From Lysobacterales bacterium (GTDB lineage Bacteria; Pseudomonadota; Gammaproteobacteria; Xanthomonadales; Xanthomonadaceae): a DNA stretch of 64,000 bases. The position numbers and the translations under genes were made by a program. The DNA lies in contig JAGRJY010000006.1 of the NCBI GenBank assembly GCA_020442465.1, forward strand, positions 19,938 through 83,937, in the 5' to 3' direction. The notes beneath the pieces are model-generated. The model had not been told where the DNA came from. It worked only from the letters and a program-made list of their open reading frames with translations, and ran no database searches. Positions 44,080 to 54,626 of the stretch are shown piece after piece; the stretch's first letter is position 1, and each line of letters begins with the position of its first letter.

Positions 44080-45087
44080 ATGAACACCTCGACGCCCGCT
44101 CCCGCACCGCTTGCCGCCGCGACGCTTGACGCAGCGGTCGCCGCCCTGCGTGCGGGCAAGCCGGTGGGCATGCCGACCGAAACGGTGTACGGCCTCGCCG
44201 CCGACGCGCGAAACCCCGAAGCCGTGGCGCGCATCTTCGCGCTCAAGGGCCGGCCGCTGGACCACCCGGTCATCGTGCACCTGCCGGCCGGAGCCGCGCT
44301 GCACGACTACGCGAGCGAGGTTCCCGCGTTTGCCGAAGCGCTCGCGAAGACGTTCTGGCCCGGCCCGCTCACCCTCATCCTGCGCCGGCAGCCGTGGGTC
44401 AGCGACGCCATCACCGGTGGTCAGGACACCGTCGGCCTGCGCATGCCGGCACACCCGGTGGCCCAGCAGTTGCTCGTTGCGTTCGGCGGCGGGCTCGCCG
44501 CACCGTCGGCCAACCGCTTCGGCCACATCAGTCCCACCACGGCGACGCATGTGCGCGACGAGTTCGGCAGCGACCTGCCGATCGTGCTGGACGGTGGTCC
44601 CTGTGCGATCGGCATCGAAAGCACCATCGTCGACTGCAGCGGCGCGCGTCCGCGCCTGCTGCGCCCGGGCATGCTCAGCGTCGACGCCATCGAACGCGTG
44701 GTCGGCCAGCTGGATGGCGACACCCAGCTGGCGCCGCGGGCATCAGGCATGCTGGAGAAGCACTACGCGCCCCGCGCTCCGCTGCGCCTGGTCAGCCGCG
44801 CCGAACTCGAGCGCGCCGAACTCGAGCGCGGCGATCGGGAGCACGGCGAGCTGGCGCGAACGCCGCATGCGCGCGTGATCGCGTTGGGCAGCATGCCCGC
44901 CGGGTGCTCGGGTGTGGTGTTGCCGGACGATCCCGATCGCTACGCGCGCGGCTTGTACGAAGCGTTGCGCGCGCTCGATCACGGCGGCGACGCACCGATA
45001 CTGCTTGAATCACCGCCTCGCACCCCATCGTGGCTCGCCATCCACGATCGTCTCGGCCGCGCCGCGGCGGGATCGGGTGAGCACTGA
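44080..45087 (+). CDS. sua5: Threonylcarbamoyl-AMP synthase (Sua5 type)
   Basis: [27 protein letters not shown] Sua5 C-terminal domain. Confidence 0.9.
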   Translation: MNTSTPAPAPLAAATLDAAVAALRAGKPVGMPTETVYGLAADARNPEAVARIFALKGRPLDHPVIVHLPAGAALHDYASEVPAFAEALAKTFWPGPLTLILRRQPWVSDAITGGQDTVGLRMPAHPVAQQLLVAFGGGLAAPSANRFGHISPTTATHVRDEFGSDLPIVLDGGPCAIGIESTIVDCSGARPRLLRPGMLSVDAIERVVGQLDGDTQLAPRASGMLEKHYAPRAPLRLVSRAELERAELERGDREHGELARTPHARVIALGSMPAGCSGVVLPDDPDRYARGLYEALRALDHGGDAPILLESPPRTPSWLAIHDRLGRAAAGSGEH

Positions 45088-45120
45088 ACCCATTGATTCG
45101 ACTTGACCCACGGAGTGGAC

Positions 45121-46539
45121 ATGCCTCGACCCACGCTTTGCGCCCCGCTCGCCGCAGCCGTCATCGGCCTGGCCGCCCTGCTCTCCCCGACGATGGCTGA
45201 TGCCCTGGACGCAGAGACCCGTGCCGAAGCGATCGCCGTGCGCGAAACCGCCATGCAGGGCTCGCAGGCCTACCGCATCGTCGAATCGTTGACCACCGAG
45301 ATCGGCCCCCGCCTCGGCGGCAGCCCCGACTACGCGCGCGCTGTCGTATGGGCCGAGGCGAAACTGAAAGCGCTCGGCTTCGACCGGGTCTGGACCCAGC
45401 CGCTGACCATGCCGCTGTGGACGCGCCGGCACGAGCGCGCACGCGTGCTCGGCGCACATGAGCAGGCGCTGCTCATTACCGCGCTCGGGCATTCGGTGGG
45501 CACCCACGGGCCACTGCGCGGCGATGTCATCGAGTTGGCCGACATTGATGCCCTGAAGGCGATCACCGACGACAGTCTGCACGGCAAGATCGTGTTCCTG
45601 TCGCACGACATGGTGCGCGCCCGCGATGGCTCCGGCTACAGCAAGGCAAGCAGTGGACGCGGAGATGGCCCGGCCGAGGCGTCGAAGCGCGGTGCGGTCG
45701 CGTTTCTGCTGCGCTCCGCCGGCACCGACGGCCACCGCTTTCCGCATACCGGCAACACCAAATTTCCAGACGGCGTGACGCCGATTCCCGCTGCGGCGCT
45801 GTCGAATCCGGATGCCGACCAGATCGAGCGGCTGCTCGACCGCGGGCCGGTCGAGGTCGAACTCGACATCGACGTCGGTGTCGTCGGCGAGGTCGTGACC
45901 CACAACGTGATCGGCGAGATCCGCGGCCGCAAACGCCCCGACGAAATCGTGCTGCTGGGCGCGCATCTGGACTCCTGGGACCTGGGCACGGGCGCGATCG
46001 ATGACGGCGCCGGCATCGGCATCACCTTTGCCGCGGGCGCGCAGATCGCCGCGATGAAGACGCGCCCGGATCGCAGCATCCGCGTCGTTGCGTTCGCCGC
46101 CGAAGAGGTGGGCCTCTACGGCGCCAAGGCTTACGCCGACGCGGCGCAGCTCGACGGCAGCGCCGCCGGACACCTGATCGGCTTCGAAAGCGACTTCGGC
46201 GCCGGTCGCATCTACCGCATCCAGGCCGGAGTGCGCCCGGATGGCTGGGACGACCTGTCACCGATGACCGAGCTGCTGCGCCCGCTGGGCATCGTCGAGG
46301 AACGCCGCGGCGGCGGGCCGGGCGCAGACATCGGCCCGCTGCGCGATCTGGGCGTGGCGTGGCTGTCGCTCAGCCAGGACGGCACCGACTACTTCGACTA
46401 CCACCACACTGCCGACGACACTCTGGACAAGATCGACCCGCTGGCGCTGGACCAGCAGATCGCCGCCTACGCCACCATGGCCTGGCTGCTCGCGAACGGC
46501 AGCGTCGATCTCCGCCCGCCACCGCCGAAGAAGCCGTAG
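45121..46539 (+). CDS. Secreted M28 family (carboxypeptidase Q-like) peptidase
   Basis: Signal peptide, GAHLDSWD, GAIDDGAG, AEEVGL, YHHTADDT. Confidence 0.88.
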   Translation: MPRPTLCAPLAAAVIGLAALLSPTMADALDAETRAEAIAVRETAMQGSQAYRIVESLTTEIGPRLGGSPDYARAVVWAEAKLKALGFDRVWTQPLTMPLWTRRHERARVLGAHEQALLITALGHSVGTHGPLRGDVIELADIDALKAITDDSLHGKIVFLSHDMVRARDGSGYSKASSGRGDGPAEASKRGAVAFLLRSAGTDGHRFPHTGNTKFPDGVTPIPAAALSNPDADQIERLLDRGPVEVELDIDVGVVGEVVTHNVIGEIRGRKRPDEIVLLGAHLDSWDLGTGAIDDGAGIGITFAAGAQIAAMKTRPDRSIRVVAFAAEEVGLYGAKAYADAAQLDGSAAGHLIGFESDFGAGRIYRIQAGVRPDGWDDLSPMTELLRPLGIVEERRGGGPGADIGPLRDLGVAWLSLSQDGTDYFDYHHTADDTLDKIDPLALDQQIAAYATMAWLLANGSVDLRPPPPKKP

Positions 46540-46684
46540 GCCCCATGCTGCATGCAGGCAGGCATCAAGCCGCTCCCCTGACGCATCGGATCATCGACCA
46601 CGGCGTCACGAGCTGCATCCTGCTTGCGAGCATCAACCTGCTCGCAACGCTCAGCCGCCTCGCCGGGGTCGGCCGCCTCCCGAA

Positions 46685-47329
46685 CTAGGGCGCGATCAAT
46701 CCGCGGCGCGTCGCCTCGATCGTGGCCTCGGCCCGACTGGTGACGGCGAGCTTGCGGTAGATGTCCTTCAGATAGCCCGCCACCGTGTGCGGCGAGAGCT
46801 CGAGCGCCTTCGCAGCCTGCTGCACGGTGAACCCCTTGGCCACCCATCTGAGCACATCGGTTTCGCGCGCGGTCAGCGGTGCCTGTTCGGCGGTGTCCGC
46901 GGGACGGAAATGCCCGAGCACCCGGCGCGCAATGGATGGTGACAGCGGCGGCTGGCCGTCGACGATGCCGCGCAGCGTCTGAGCCAGTCGTTCCACCGGC
47001 TGGTCCTTCAGCAGGTAGCCCTGGGCGCCGGCACGCAGGGCGGGAAACAGATGGCCGTCATCATCGAACACGGTCACGACCACGCAAAGCGTGTCGGCGC
47101 GTCGGCGCTGCAGCGCGCTGATCAACTCGGTACCGGAGCCATCAGGCAAACCCAGATCCACCAGCGCAATCGGTGGCGGCGGATCGCAGGCCAGCAGTCC
47201 GCCGGCCAGGCTGTCGGCCTGCTCGACACGGACACCCGGAAACGCCGACTCGAGCGCGGCCGCCAACCAGGCACGGGTGGCCGGCTGGTCTTCCACCACC
47301 AAGGCACGTTCGAACTCGACCGGCATCAT
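46685..47329 (-). CDS. NarL/LuxR-family response regulator
   Basis: VVEDQ, VDLGLPDG, GYLLKD, LTARETDVL HTH. Confidence 0.92.
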   Translation of the reverse strand: MMPVEFERALVVEDQPATRAWLAAALESAFPGVRVEQADSLAGGLLACDPPPPIALVDLGLPDGSGTELISALQRRRADTLCVVVTVFDDDGHLFPALRAGAQGYLLKDQPVERLAQTLRGIVDGQPPLSPSIARRVLGHFRPADTAEQAPLTARETDVLRWVAKGFTVQQAAKALELSPHTVAGYLKDIYRKLAVTSRAEATIEATRRGLIAP

Positions 47330-47361
47330 CGCCTTCGACAGCAAGCGGGTACGACCGAATG

Positions 47362-48141
47362 CTAACCCGGATCGCCGCCGCGCCCCTCGGGCGATTCGCC
47401 CGCTTCCTCGTCCTCGTGCAGCGGCACGGTCAGGACGACCTTGGCACCGCCGGCGCTTCCACGCGTCCATCGAATCGCGCCGTGCAAGGCCTCGGCACGC
47501 TGCTGCATCGAACGCATGCCCTGGCCGGGGATGCCGAGGTCCGCATCGGGCGATCCGTCGTCGCTGAGCTCCAGGGCGAGCAGGTCGCCGATGGCGCGCA
47601 ATCGCACACGCAGCAGACTGGGCCGGGCATGACGAAGCGCATTGCTGATCGCCTCGCGGACGATGCGGTACAGGTGCAGGGCGCGGCCGCGTGGCAATTC
47701 GATCTCCGGCAAGGCGCCATCGACCCGCCAGTCGAGATCGATCCCCGCCGTGGCGAGGCGCTGGCGCGCCTCACTCTCGATATCGGTCACGACCTCATCG
47801 AGCGTGCCCGCGCAACTGCGCGAGCGGCTGACGACGTCACGCAGATCCTGCAGGGCGGCGCGTGCCTGATCCGCCAACTCGGCGTTCGGCGCCGCATAGA
47901 CCAGCTGCAACAGTCGGGCGCCGAGGTCGTCGTGCAGGTCGTTGTAGATGCGCTCGCGCTCGGCCGCCGCGGCGAGCCGGGCGCGCTCCTCGGCAAAGCG
48001 CTGCGATGCCATCGTCTGACGCGCGATCTCGACTTGGCGCCGCCGTGCCGCCGAATGATGCACCCATGCAGCGCCAGCCGCCGTGCCGAGTACGAGGCCG
48101 CTGACCAGCGCGACCAGTGCGACCAGTGCGTCAGGCGGCAT
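47362..48141 (-). CDS. Short HisKA_3 sensor histidine kinase (single TM, no sensor domain)
   Basis: ERERIYNDLHDDLG, REAISNALRHA, DDG, GQGMRSM. Confidence 0.88.
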   Translation of the reverse strand: MPPDALVALVALVSGLVLGTAAGAAWVHHSAARRRQVEIARQTMASQRFAEERARLAAAAERERIYNDLHDDLGARLLQLVYAAPNAELADQARAALQDLRDVVSRSRSCAGTLDEVVTDIESEARQRLATAGIDLDWRVDGALPEIELPRGRALHLYRIVREAISNALRHARPSLLRVRLRAIGDLLALELSDDGSPDADLGIPGQGMRSMQQRAEALHGAIRWTRGSAGGAKVVLTVPLHEDEEAGESPEGRGGDPG

Positions 48142-50578
48142 CGGCCTTCAGTTCGGATTCGATGCGCAGGGCATCGGCGTTCAAGCCCAGTCCACGGTAG
48201 GCCCGTGCCAGGCGCTCGTTCGCCTTGACGGTTCGCGCGTGCTGCATGCCCAGCACGTCGATGAATCGCTGCCGGACCGGTTCCAGGATGGCGCGTGCCT
48301 CCTGCCATCGTCGAAGCTGCAGCAGGCTCTCGGCATGGTTGCTGCGAAAAATCGCCAGCGTGATGTCGTCCTGGTCGAGCATCGGCTCGGCCCAGGCCAT
48401 CAGCCCCTCGAATTCGCGCAGGGCATCCTCCGGCCGCCCCAGTTCGAGCAGGGCCATGCCGAGATCATTGCGCGGCGCAAGCAGCAAGGGCTCGCTCGGC
48501 CCACCTGCCACGACCTGCGCGTCGACCACCTGACGAAGCACCTGTTCAGCCTCGGCGAAGCGGCCAAGATCCTGCAGCACGTACGACTGCAGCTGCCTGA
48601 TCGACAGCGTCTGCGGCGCATCGGCACCGCGCGCCGAAGACGAAATCGTCGCCAGCTCGGCGAGCACGTTCAGCGCCTCGTCCAGCCGCCCGGTCTGCAC
48701 CATCAGCACGGCGAGGTTTCTGCGGCTGGTGATCGTGGCCGGATGTTCAGGCCCGAGCACCCGCGTGCGCGCGTCGATGGTTTCCCGCATCAGCCCTTCG
48801 GCGTCTTCCACCTTGCCCTGGCGGAAGTACAGCGCCGCCAGATGGTTCATCGAATACAGCGTTTCGGGATGGTCGTTGCCGAATACTTCGCGCCGTTTCG
48901 CCAGCACCTGCTCCGAGAGTGCCTGCGCTTCGTCCAGTGAACCGGCTTCCTGCAGCGCGGCCGCCAGATTGTGTCGCGCGGTGAGGCTGAGCTTGTGGTC
49001 GGAACCGAGCGCCGCTTCGGCGACCGGCACCAGCGCACGATTGGCCTCGATGGCCTCGCCCAGCTTTCCGCTCATGGCCAGCGCATGGGCGTGCGCGACG
49101 CGCGCGTTGATGCGTGACTCGGGCGCCATGCTCTGTTCGCGGGCAAGCAGCGGCTCGACCCGTTCGAGTGCAGCGCCGTAGTCGGCGCGTCCGTTGGCCG
49201 CGTTGACCAGGTCGACGTCGATGCGGTCGCGCAAGTCCTCCTTGCCGGCGCCGCTGCGCTCCACGCGCGCGCGCGCCGCCTGCAGCAGGCGTTCGCCTTC
49301 CACGGCATCGCCGAGGTTGAGATGGGTCTGTCCCAGCAGGTGCAGCAGCCGCGCCGCGACCGGGTCGGGCAAGGCTGCCGAATCCAGCTCGCGTGCAGCG
49401 CGTGCGACCACGTCGAGTACGCGGATGTCGCGGCCGATCGCCTGCTCGGGATCGGCCGACGCCAGGGTATCGGCCAGGAAGTCGCTAACCGCGCGTGCCT
49501 CGTCGGCGCGTTGCTCGGCCAGCGCGCGCGCTTCGGATTCGCGCCATGCGTAGCGCAGCGACACGAGGGTGGCACCGACCAGGATGACCGCGACCAGTGC
49601 CGCGGCCGCGGTCAGCGCACGATGGCGGCGCACGAACCGCGCGGTGAGGTAACCCAACGTCGGCGGGCGCGCCTCGACCGGCCGGTGGTCCAGCACGCGC
49701 TCGAGATCGGCGGCAAACTCGGCCGCCGAAGCGTAGCGGCGCGCTGGTTCCGACGCGAGCGCCTTCATCACCACCAGGTCAAGGTCTCCGCGCGCTTGCG
49801 GCGCCAGCGTGCTCAGCCGCGGAGGCGACTCCTGCCGCACCACGGCCAGGGCTTCGAGCACGCTGCTCGTGGACAGTCGCGGATGCGGCAGACGTCGCGC
49901 GATCAGCTCGTAGGCGATCACGCCCAGTGCGTAGACGTCGCTGCGCACATCGACCTCGCGCGCTTTGCCGGCGAGCTGCTCGGGACTCATGTAGGGCACG
50001 GTGCCGAGCACCTGACCGTGCTGGGTGACCCCGCTCTCGTCATCGAGGAGTCGAGCGATGCCGAAGTCGAGCACCTTGACCTGGCCGCGTTCGTCGACCA
50101 GTACGTTGCCAGGCTTGAGATCGCGGTGGATCACGCCACGACCATGGGCAAAATGCACCGCGCGACAGACATCGATCAGCAGCTGCACGCGCCGACGCAC
50201 GTCGAGGGTGCGCTGTTCGGCGAAGCGCAGCAGATCGACGCCGTCGACGTACTCCATCGCCAGCCACGGCAGACGCACGCCGCCGAAGTCTTCCTCACCG
50301 GTCGCATACAGACGCGCGATACCGGGATGCTCGAGCGCCGCCAGCAGCTGGGCTTCGCGGCGAAAGCGTGCCAGCAGGTCGCGATCCATGCCGCGCACGA
50401 GCTTGAGCGCGACATCGCGCGATGGGTTCTCCTCATGGGCGCGATAGACACGACCCATGCCCCCTTCGCCAATCAGACCGAGCAATCGATAGCCGGCGAC
50501 GCGCTCGGGAAAGTCGACCCCCTCACCCAGCGGCGTTGCCGTCGTCGTGGTTGCCGTGCCGCTCGAATCGTGCGTCAT
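48131..50578 (-). CDS. Hanks-type Ser/Thr kinase with TM segment and TPR repeats
   Basis: GEGGMGRVY, HRDLKPGN, DFG, YMSPEQ; GxDHPxTL repeats. Confidence 0.9.
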   Translation of the reverse strand: MTHDSSGTATTTTATPLGEGVDFPERVAGYRLLGLIGEGGMGRVYRAHEENPSRDVALKLVRGMDRDLLARFRREAQLLAALEHPGIARLYATGEEDFGGVRLPWLAMEYVDGVDLLRFAEQRTLDVRRRVQLLIDVCRAVHFAHGRGVIHRDLKPGNVLVDERGQVKVLDFGIARLLDDESGVTQHGQVLGTVPYMSPEQLAGKAREVDVRSDVYALGVIAYELIARRLPHPRLSTSSVLEALAVVRQESPPRLSTLAPQARGDLDLVVMKALASEPARRYASAAEFAADLERVLDHRPVEARPPTLGYLTARFVRRHRALTAAAALVAVILVGATLVSLRYAWRESEARALAEQRADEARAVSDFLADTLASADPEQAIGRDIRVLDVVARAARELDSAALPDPVAARLLHLLGQTHLNLGDAVEGERLLQAARARVERSGAGKEDLRDRIDVDLVNAANGRADYGAALERVEPLLAREQSMAPESRINARVAHAHALAMSGKLGEAIEANRALVPVAEAALGSDHKLSLTARHNLAAALQEAGSLDEAQALSEQVLAKRREVFGNDHPETLYSMNHLAALYFRQGKVEDAEGLMRETIDARTRVLGPEHPATITSRRNLAVLMVQTGRLDEALNVLAELATISSSARGADAPQTLSIRQLQSYVLQDLGRFAEAEQVLRQVVDAQVVAGGPSEPLLLAPRNDLGMALLELGRPEDALREFEGLMAWAEPMLDQDDITLAIFRSNHAESLLQLRRWQEARAILEPVRQRFIDVLGMQHARTVKANERLARAYRGLGLNADALRIESELKADAA

Positions 50579-50786
50579 GCACTCTCGCCTTCCACCCAGG
50601 ATCGACGATCCTGCCACAGGAGCCGTGGCCGACACACTCGTCCGAAAGAATGGAGTCGACCGCTCCCGCTGCCGGCCTGTCCCGGGGCGGCAGCGAGAGT
50701 CGGTCGGGCCGCTGCGCTGGCGGCCAGGGCGAAACAGTAGCGATACGCGCTGGACCCGCGCGGGGCGAAGCGCGCCGCCGATGCGG

Positions 50787-52364
50787 CTATCGGGTGCTGG
50801 CTCCGCCGACCGTGGCCGAAATGAGCTCTAGTTCGCCGGCAACCGGCGTCGTGGTGGTACCGACAGGCGTGGTCACCGTCGACGTGCCACTGTCCTCTCG
50901 CCTGAGCATGCCGAACTGCGGGCTGGTCCATTCGAATCCGGTACGTCGGACCTGCACCGTGGTATTGAACCCACCCGCGGACACGCTGGAGTCGAGGTCC
51001 GTCTCGATCGCGAACTTGCAGGCCTGGAACGTGCCGGCTTCAACCGTGACGCTCTCGCGACCGAGCAGCGTGTACTTGCTGCGCAACTGCTCGCTGGTGT
51101 TGAAACCCTGCGCGCTCGAATTCACGGTCCAGTTCAGCTCGTGCGACTGGCCGTTCGAGAATGCGCGCGGCATCTCGATGCGAATCGGACTGTTGACGCT
51201 GCGCGAGATCAGCGCACCGCTGGTGGGGTGATAGGCCTCTGCGCCGAACGAGACCAGCGTTCCGTCACCGTTCTGCAGGTAGTTGCGCGCATACATGCCA
51301 TTGCCGGCGCTGGTCTGCCCGCTGACTTCCTGGACCAGCGCCTGCTGCCCTTCGAACTGTCCTGTGCCGACGATGCGTTCGGTGCGCTGGCCTGCGCCGT
51401 CGGTGCCCTCGTCGAATCGCACTTCGCGAACGTCACCCACCGCATAGGGAGGCATGCAGTCGTCGCCCGACGTGCCGCCGCCACCCCCACCACCATTGCC
51501 GATGCTTCCGTACTCGGCGACGGCGCAGACGTTCGCCGTGCTGCCGAACACGAAGCGCTGAATGGTCTTGGTTTGGGTGACGCCACCGATGGTGTACTGG
51601 AACGTGGCGTTCTGTCCGTCGCTGAAGACCAGACGCATGCTGCCGATCACGTCGGAACCGGTGCCGGCAGGCGCGCCATCGATGTCGAGGAAGGGCGTGC
51701 CGTTGCGGGACCGATACAGTTCGCCGCTGAAGCTGCCGTCCGCCTGCTTGCTGGTGACACCCTGCAGAAACAGCGGTTCGCGGTCGTTGTCGTAGGTATA
51801 CCAGGTGGCGTAGAGATCGTCGCCGATGTGGGTCAGGTAGATGCCCCAACCGGACGACGCCGGGTTCCACCAGATGTCCGAATAGTTGGTCAGACCCGCA
51901 CGTGCCGAGGGACCGGCGTCGCACACGACGTCATCCTGGCCGAACGCGAAGCGGGTCAGCTGCTTGGTCTGGCTCTGCCCGTTGACGGTGTAGTTGAAGT
52001 CGAGGGTGTAGTCGTCGACGAAGCTGACGGTCGCATTGCCGATGGTGACACCCGGGTCGGCAGCCTGACCCACGATCTGCGCCAGCGGCACGCCGGTGAT
52101 GCGCTCGATCGTGCCGGTGTAGCGACCGTCGGCCTGCGGCGCGGTCGGCGCGAGGAACCAGGCCGGCTCGCCGTCGTTGTCGTAGGTGAACCAGAACAAC
52201 GCGAGCGTGCTTCCCTGGTCGGCGATGTAGACACCCCAGCCGGATTCCGCAGGGTCCCACCAGATCGCCGATTTGAGCGGCGCGGCGGAAGCGGAACCCA
52301 TGGCGCCGAGCAGGGCGGCGCACAGCGCGGTTCGAAGACGGGGGCTACGGCGGCGGCGGGACAT
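50787..52364 (-). CDS. Secreted protein with two tandem WWxPxxSGWG domains and a C-terminal beta-rich domain
   Basis: Signal peptide; internal duplication WWDPAESGWG..WFTYDNDGEP / WWNPASSGWG..WYTYDNDREP; Gly linker; TVEAGTF. Confidence 0.75.
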   Translation of the reverse strand: MSRRRRSPRLRTALCAALLGAMGSASAAPLKSAIWWDPAESGWGVYIADQGSTLALFWFTYDNDGEPAWFLAPTAPQADGRYTGTIERITGVPLAQIVGQAADPGVTIGNATVSFVDDYTLDFNYTVNGQSQTKQLTRFAFGQDDVVCDAGPSARAGLTNYSDIWWNPASSGWGIYLTHIGDDLYATWYTYDNDREPLFLQGVTSKQADGSFSGELYRSRNGTPFLDIDGAPAGTGSDVIGSMRLVFSDGQNATFQYTIGGVTQTKTIQRFVFGSTANVCAVAEYGSIGNGGGGGGGTSGDDCMPPYAVGDVREVRFDEGTDGAGQRTERIVGTGQFEGQQALVQEVSGQTSAGNGMYARNYLQNGDGTLVSFGAEAYHPTSGALISRSVNSPIRIEMPRAFSNGQSHELNWTVNSSAQGFNTSEQLRSKYTLLGRESVTVEAGTFQACKFAIETDLDSSVSAGGFNTTVQVRRTGFEWTSPQFGMLRREDSGTSTVTTPVGTTTTPVAGELELISATVGGASTR

Positions 52365-52463
52365 GACATTCTCCTCAGCTCGTGGGATGCACTGAGGCCA
52401 GTATCGATGTCGGGTCTTCGGCTGTGACCCCCGCATTCAGGGGGGCTGGGTGTCAGCGCTAGC

Positions 52464-52835
52464 CTAGCCGTCGATCGGCGTATAGAAAATTAGCCGATTG
52501 CCTGCCGGATCGTGCACGCCCAGCTCGCGCATGCCCCAAGGCTGGTCGACGATGCTTGGTCGCGCGTGCTTGTACTGCTTCGCGATCAGTTCGGCCTGCA
52601 GCGCATCGAGGTTGTCCACCTCGATACGCACCGCGCTCCCCGGCGTGGCATCGCCATGGTGCCCTGAGAGATGCAGCAGCAGTGCATCGCGACGAACCTG
52701 CATGTACAACGGCAGGTCGTCGGCGAAGCGATGCTCCCAGTCGACCGCGAAGCCGAGAAAATCGACGTAGAACGCGCGCGTCACCGCCTCGTCGAACAGA
52801 CGCAGGATCGGGATGCAGGGCAGCATCCGGATCAC
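52464..52835 (-). CDS. VOC/glyoxalase (bleomycin resistance-like) protein
   Basis: FYVDFLGFAVDWEHRF, LHLSGHHGD, PWGMRE, DPAGNRL. Confidence 0.85.
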   Translation of the reverse strand: MIRMLPCIPILRLFDEAVTRAFYVDFLGFAVDWEHRFADDLPLYMQVRRDALLLHLSGHHGDATPGSAVRIEVDNLDALQAELIAKQYKHARPSIVDQPWGMRELGVHDPAGNRLIFYTPIDG

Positions 52836-52875
52836 CGGGACAGGGTCCGGCCGACAGACGCTGGCAACCTCGCGC

Positions 52876-54336
52876 CTAGTGCCCGCCCCCGCCGTCGAGC
52901 GCCTTCAGTTCCGAGATCAGCTTGTTCGCGGCTTCCTGACCGTCCGCATACAGCATGCGGCAGTTCTCGGCGTAGAACAGCGCGTTCTCGATGCCGGCAA
53001 AACCGGTACCCTTGCCGCGCTTGATGACAATGACCTGCTTGGCATCGATCACGTCGAGAATCGGCATGCCGTAGATCGGGCTCGACTTGTCGGTCTTGGC
53101 GACCGGATTCACCACGTCGTTCGCACCGATCACGATCGCCACGTCGCAGGTCTTGAACTCGGGATTGATGTCGTCCATGTCGGCGATCAGATCGTACGGC
53201 ACGCCGGCTTCGGCGAGCAGCACGTTCATGTGGCCGGGCATGCGGCCTGCCACGGGGTGGATCGCAAACTTCACGTCCTTGTCGCGCGCGATCAGCTGTT
53301 TGCACAGCTCCCACATCTTGTGCTGCGCCTGGGCAACGGCCATGCCGTAACCGGGCACCACGATCACGCGCTCGGCCAGGTACAGGAACGACGCCGCATC
53401 CGGCGCTTCGACCGGCTTCATCGAGCCCTTGATCTCTTCCGCGCTCGCGCCGCCTCCGCCGAAGTTGGAGAACAGCACACCACTGATCGGCCGGTTCATC
53501 GCCTTGGCCATCAGCTGGGTGAGCAACATGCCGGCGGCGCCGACCACGGTGCCGGCGATGATCAGCGATTCGTTCTGCAGCACATAGCCTTCGAAGGCCA
53601 CGGCCAGGCCGGTGAAGGCGTTGTACAGCGAGATCACCACCGGCATGTCCGCGCCACCGATCGGCAAGGTCATCATGACGCCGAACAGCAGGGCCAGAGC
53701 AAAGAAGGCGATCACGATCGGAATATCCAGCTGGAACACCAGGTAGGCGCCCAGACCCGCCGAGGCGAGGAAGACCAGCAAATTGATGACCTGTTGGCCC
53801 GGGAAGGTAAAGCGCTTGTCCAGCCTGCCGTCGAGCTTGGCCCAGGCAATCACCGAGCCCGAGAACGAGATCGCACCAATCAGGGACCCAAGAATCGCCA
53901 GCACGGCAAACGTGCGGTCCAGACACTGATGCCCTTCCAGAGCGTGCGCGTCGCAGGTTCCCGTGAACGACGCAGCCTGGATCATCGCCGCGGCACCGAT
54001 TGCCGCTGCCGAGCCGCCGCCCATGCCGTTGAAGATCGCCACCATCTGCGGCATGTCGGTGATCGGCACCTTCTTGCCCCAGATCCAGAACACCCAGGAC
54101 AGGGCGATGGCCACGACCATCAGGATCAGGTTGATCTGGTCGAAGTGACCGCCCCAGGTGCTCGGCGCCGCGAACGTCACCACGGTGGCGATCACCATGC
54201 CGACGCCGGCCCAGCGAATGCCCTGTCGCGCCGACACCGGCGAGCCCATCTTCATCAGGCCGAGAATGAACAAGACCGCCGCGGCGAAGTAGCTCGCCTT
54301 GGCGAGGAAATCGAGAAGGACAGACACGCTCATCAC
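52876..54336 (-). CDS. pntB: NAD(P) transhydrogenase subunit beta
   Basis: NGMGGG, VPGYGMAVAQAQ, HPVAGRMPGHMNVLLAEA, GANDVVNP. Confidence 0.95.
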   Translation of the reverse strand: MMSVSVLLDFLAKASYFAAAVLFILGLMKMGSPVSARQGIRWAGVGMVIATVVTFAAPSTWGGHFDQINLILMVVAIALSWVFWIWGKKVPITDMPQMVAIFNGMGGGSAAAIGAAAMIQAASFTGTCDAHALEGHQCLDRTFAVLAILGSLIGAISFSGSVIAWAKLDGRLDKRFTFPGQQVINLLVFLASAGLGAYLVFQLDIPIVIAFFALALLFGVMMTLPIGGADMPVVISLYNAFTGLAVAFEGYVLQNESLIIAGTVVGAAGMLLTQLMAKAMNRPISGVLFSNFGGGGASAEEIKGSMKPVEAPDAASFLYLAERVIVVPGYGMAVAQAQHKMWELCKQLIARDKDVKFAIHPVAGRMPGHMNVLLAEAGVPYDLIADMDDINPEFKTCDVAIVIGANDVVNPVAKTDKSSPIYGMPILDVIDAKQVIVIKRGKGTGFAGIENALFYAENCRMLYADGQEAANKLISELKALDGGGGH

Positions 54337-54623
54337 TTGTCTCCCTTCTTGCTCGACTTGAACATCTCGAGCATGCGCTCGGTGACGACGTAGCCGCCGA
54401 CCGCATTGCCGGCGCCGAGCAGGACGGCGATGAAGCCCACCGCGCGCTCGAGGTTCGTGTCCGCATGGGCCAGCGCAATCATCGCGCCGACCACCACGAT
54501 GCCGTGCACGAAGTTCGATCCGGACATCAGCGGCGTGTGCAGGATCACCGGCACGCGCGAGATGATCACGTGGCCGGTAAACGCGGCCAGCATGAAGATG
54601 TACAGCGCAACGAATCCGTCCAT
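54333..54623 (-). CDS. pntAB: NAD(P) transhydrogenase subunit alpha part 2
   Basis: LHTPLMSGSN, GGYVVTERMLEMF. Confidence 0.93.
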   Translation of the reverse strand: MDGFVALYIFMLAAFTGHVIISRVPVILHTPLMSGSNFVHGIVVVGAMIALAHADTNLERAVGFIAVLLGAGNAVGGYVVTERMLEMFKSSKKGDK

Positions 54624-54626
54624 GTG

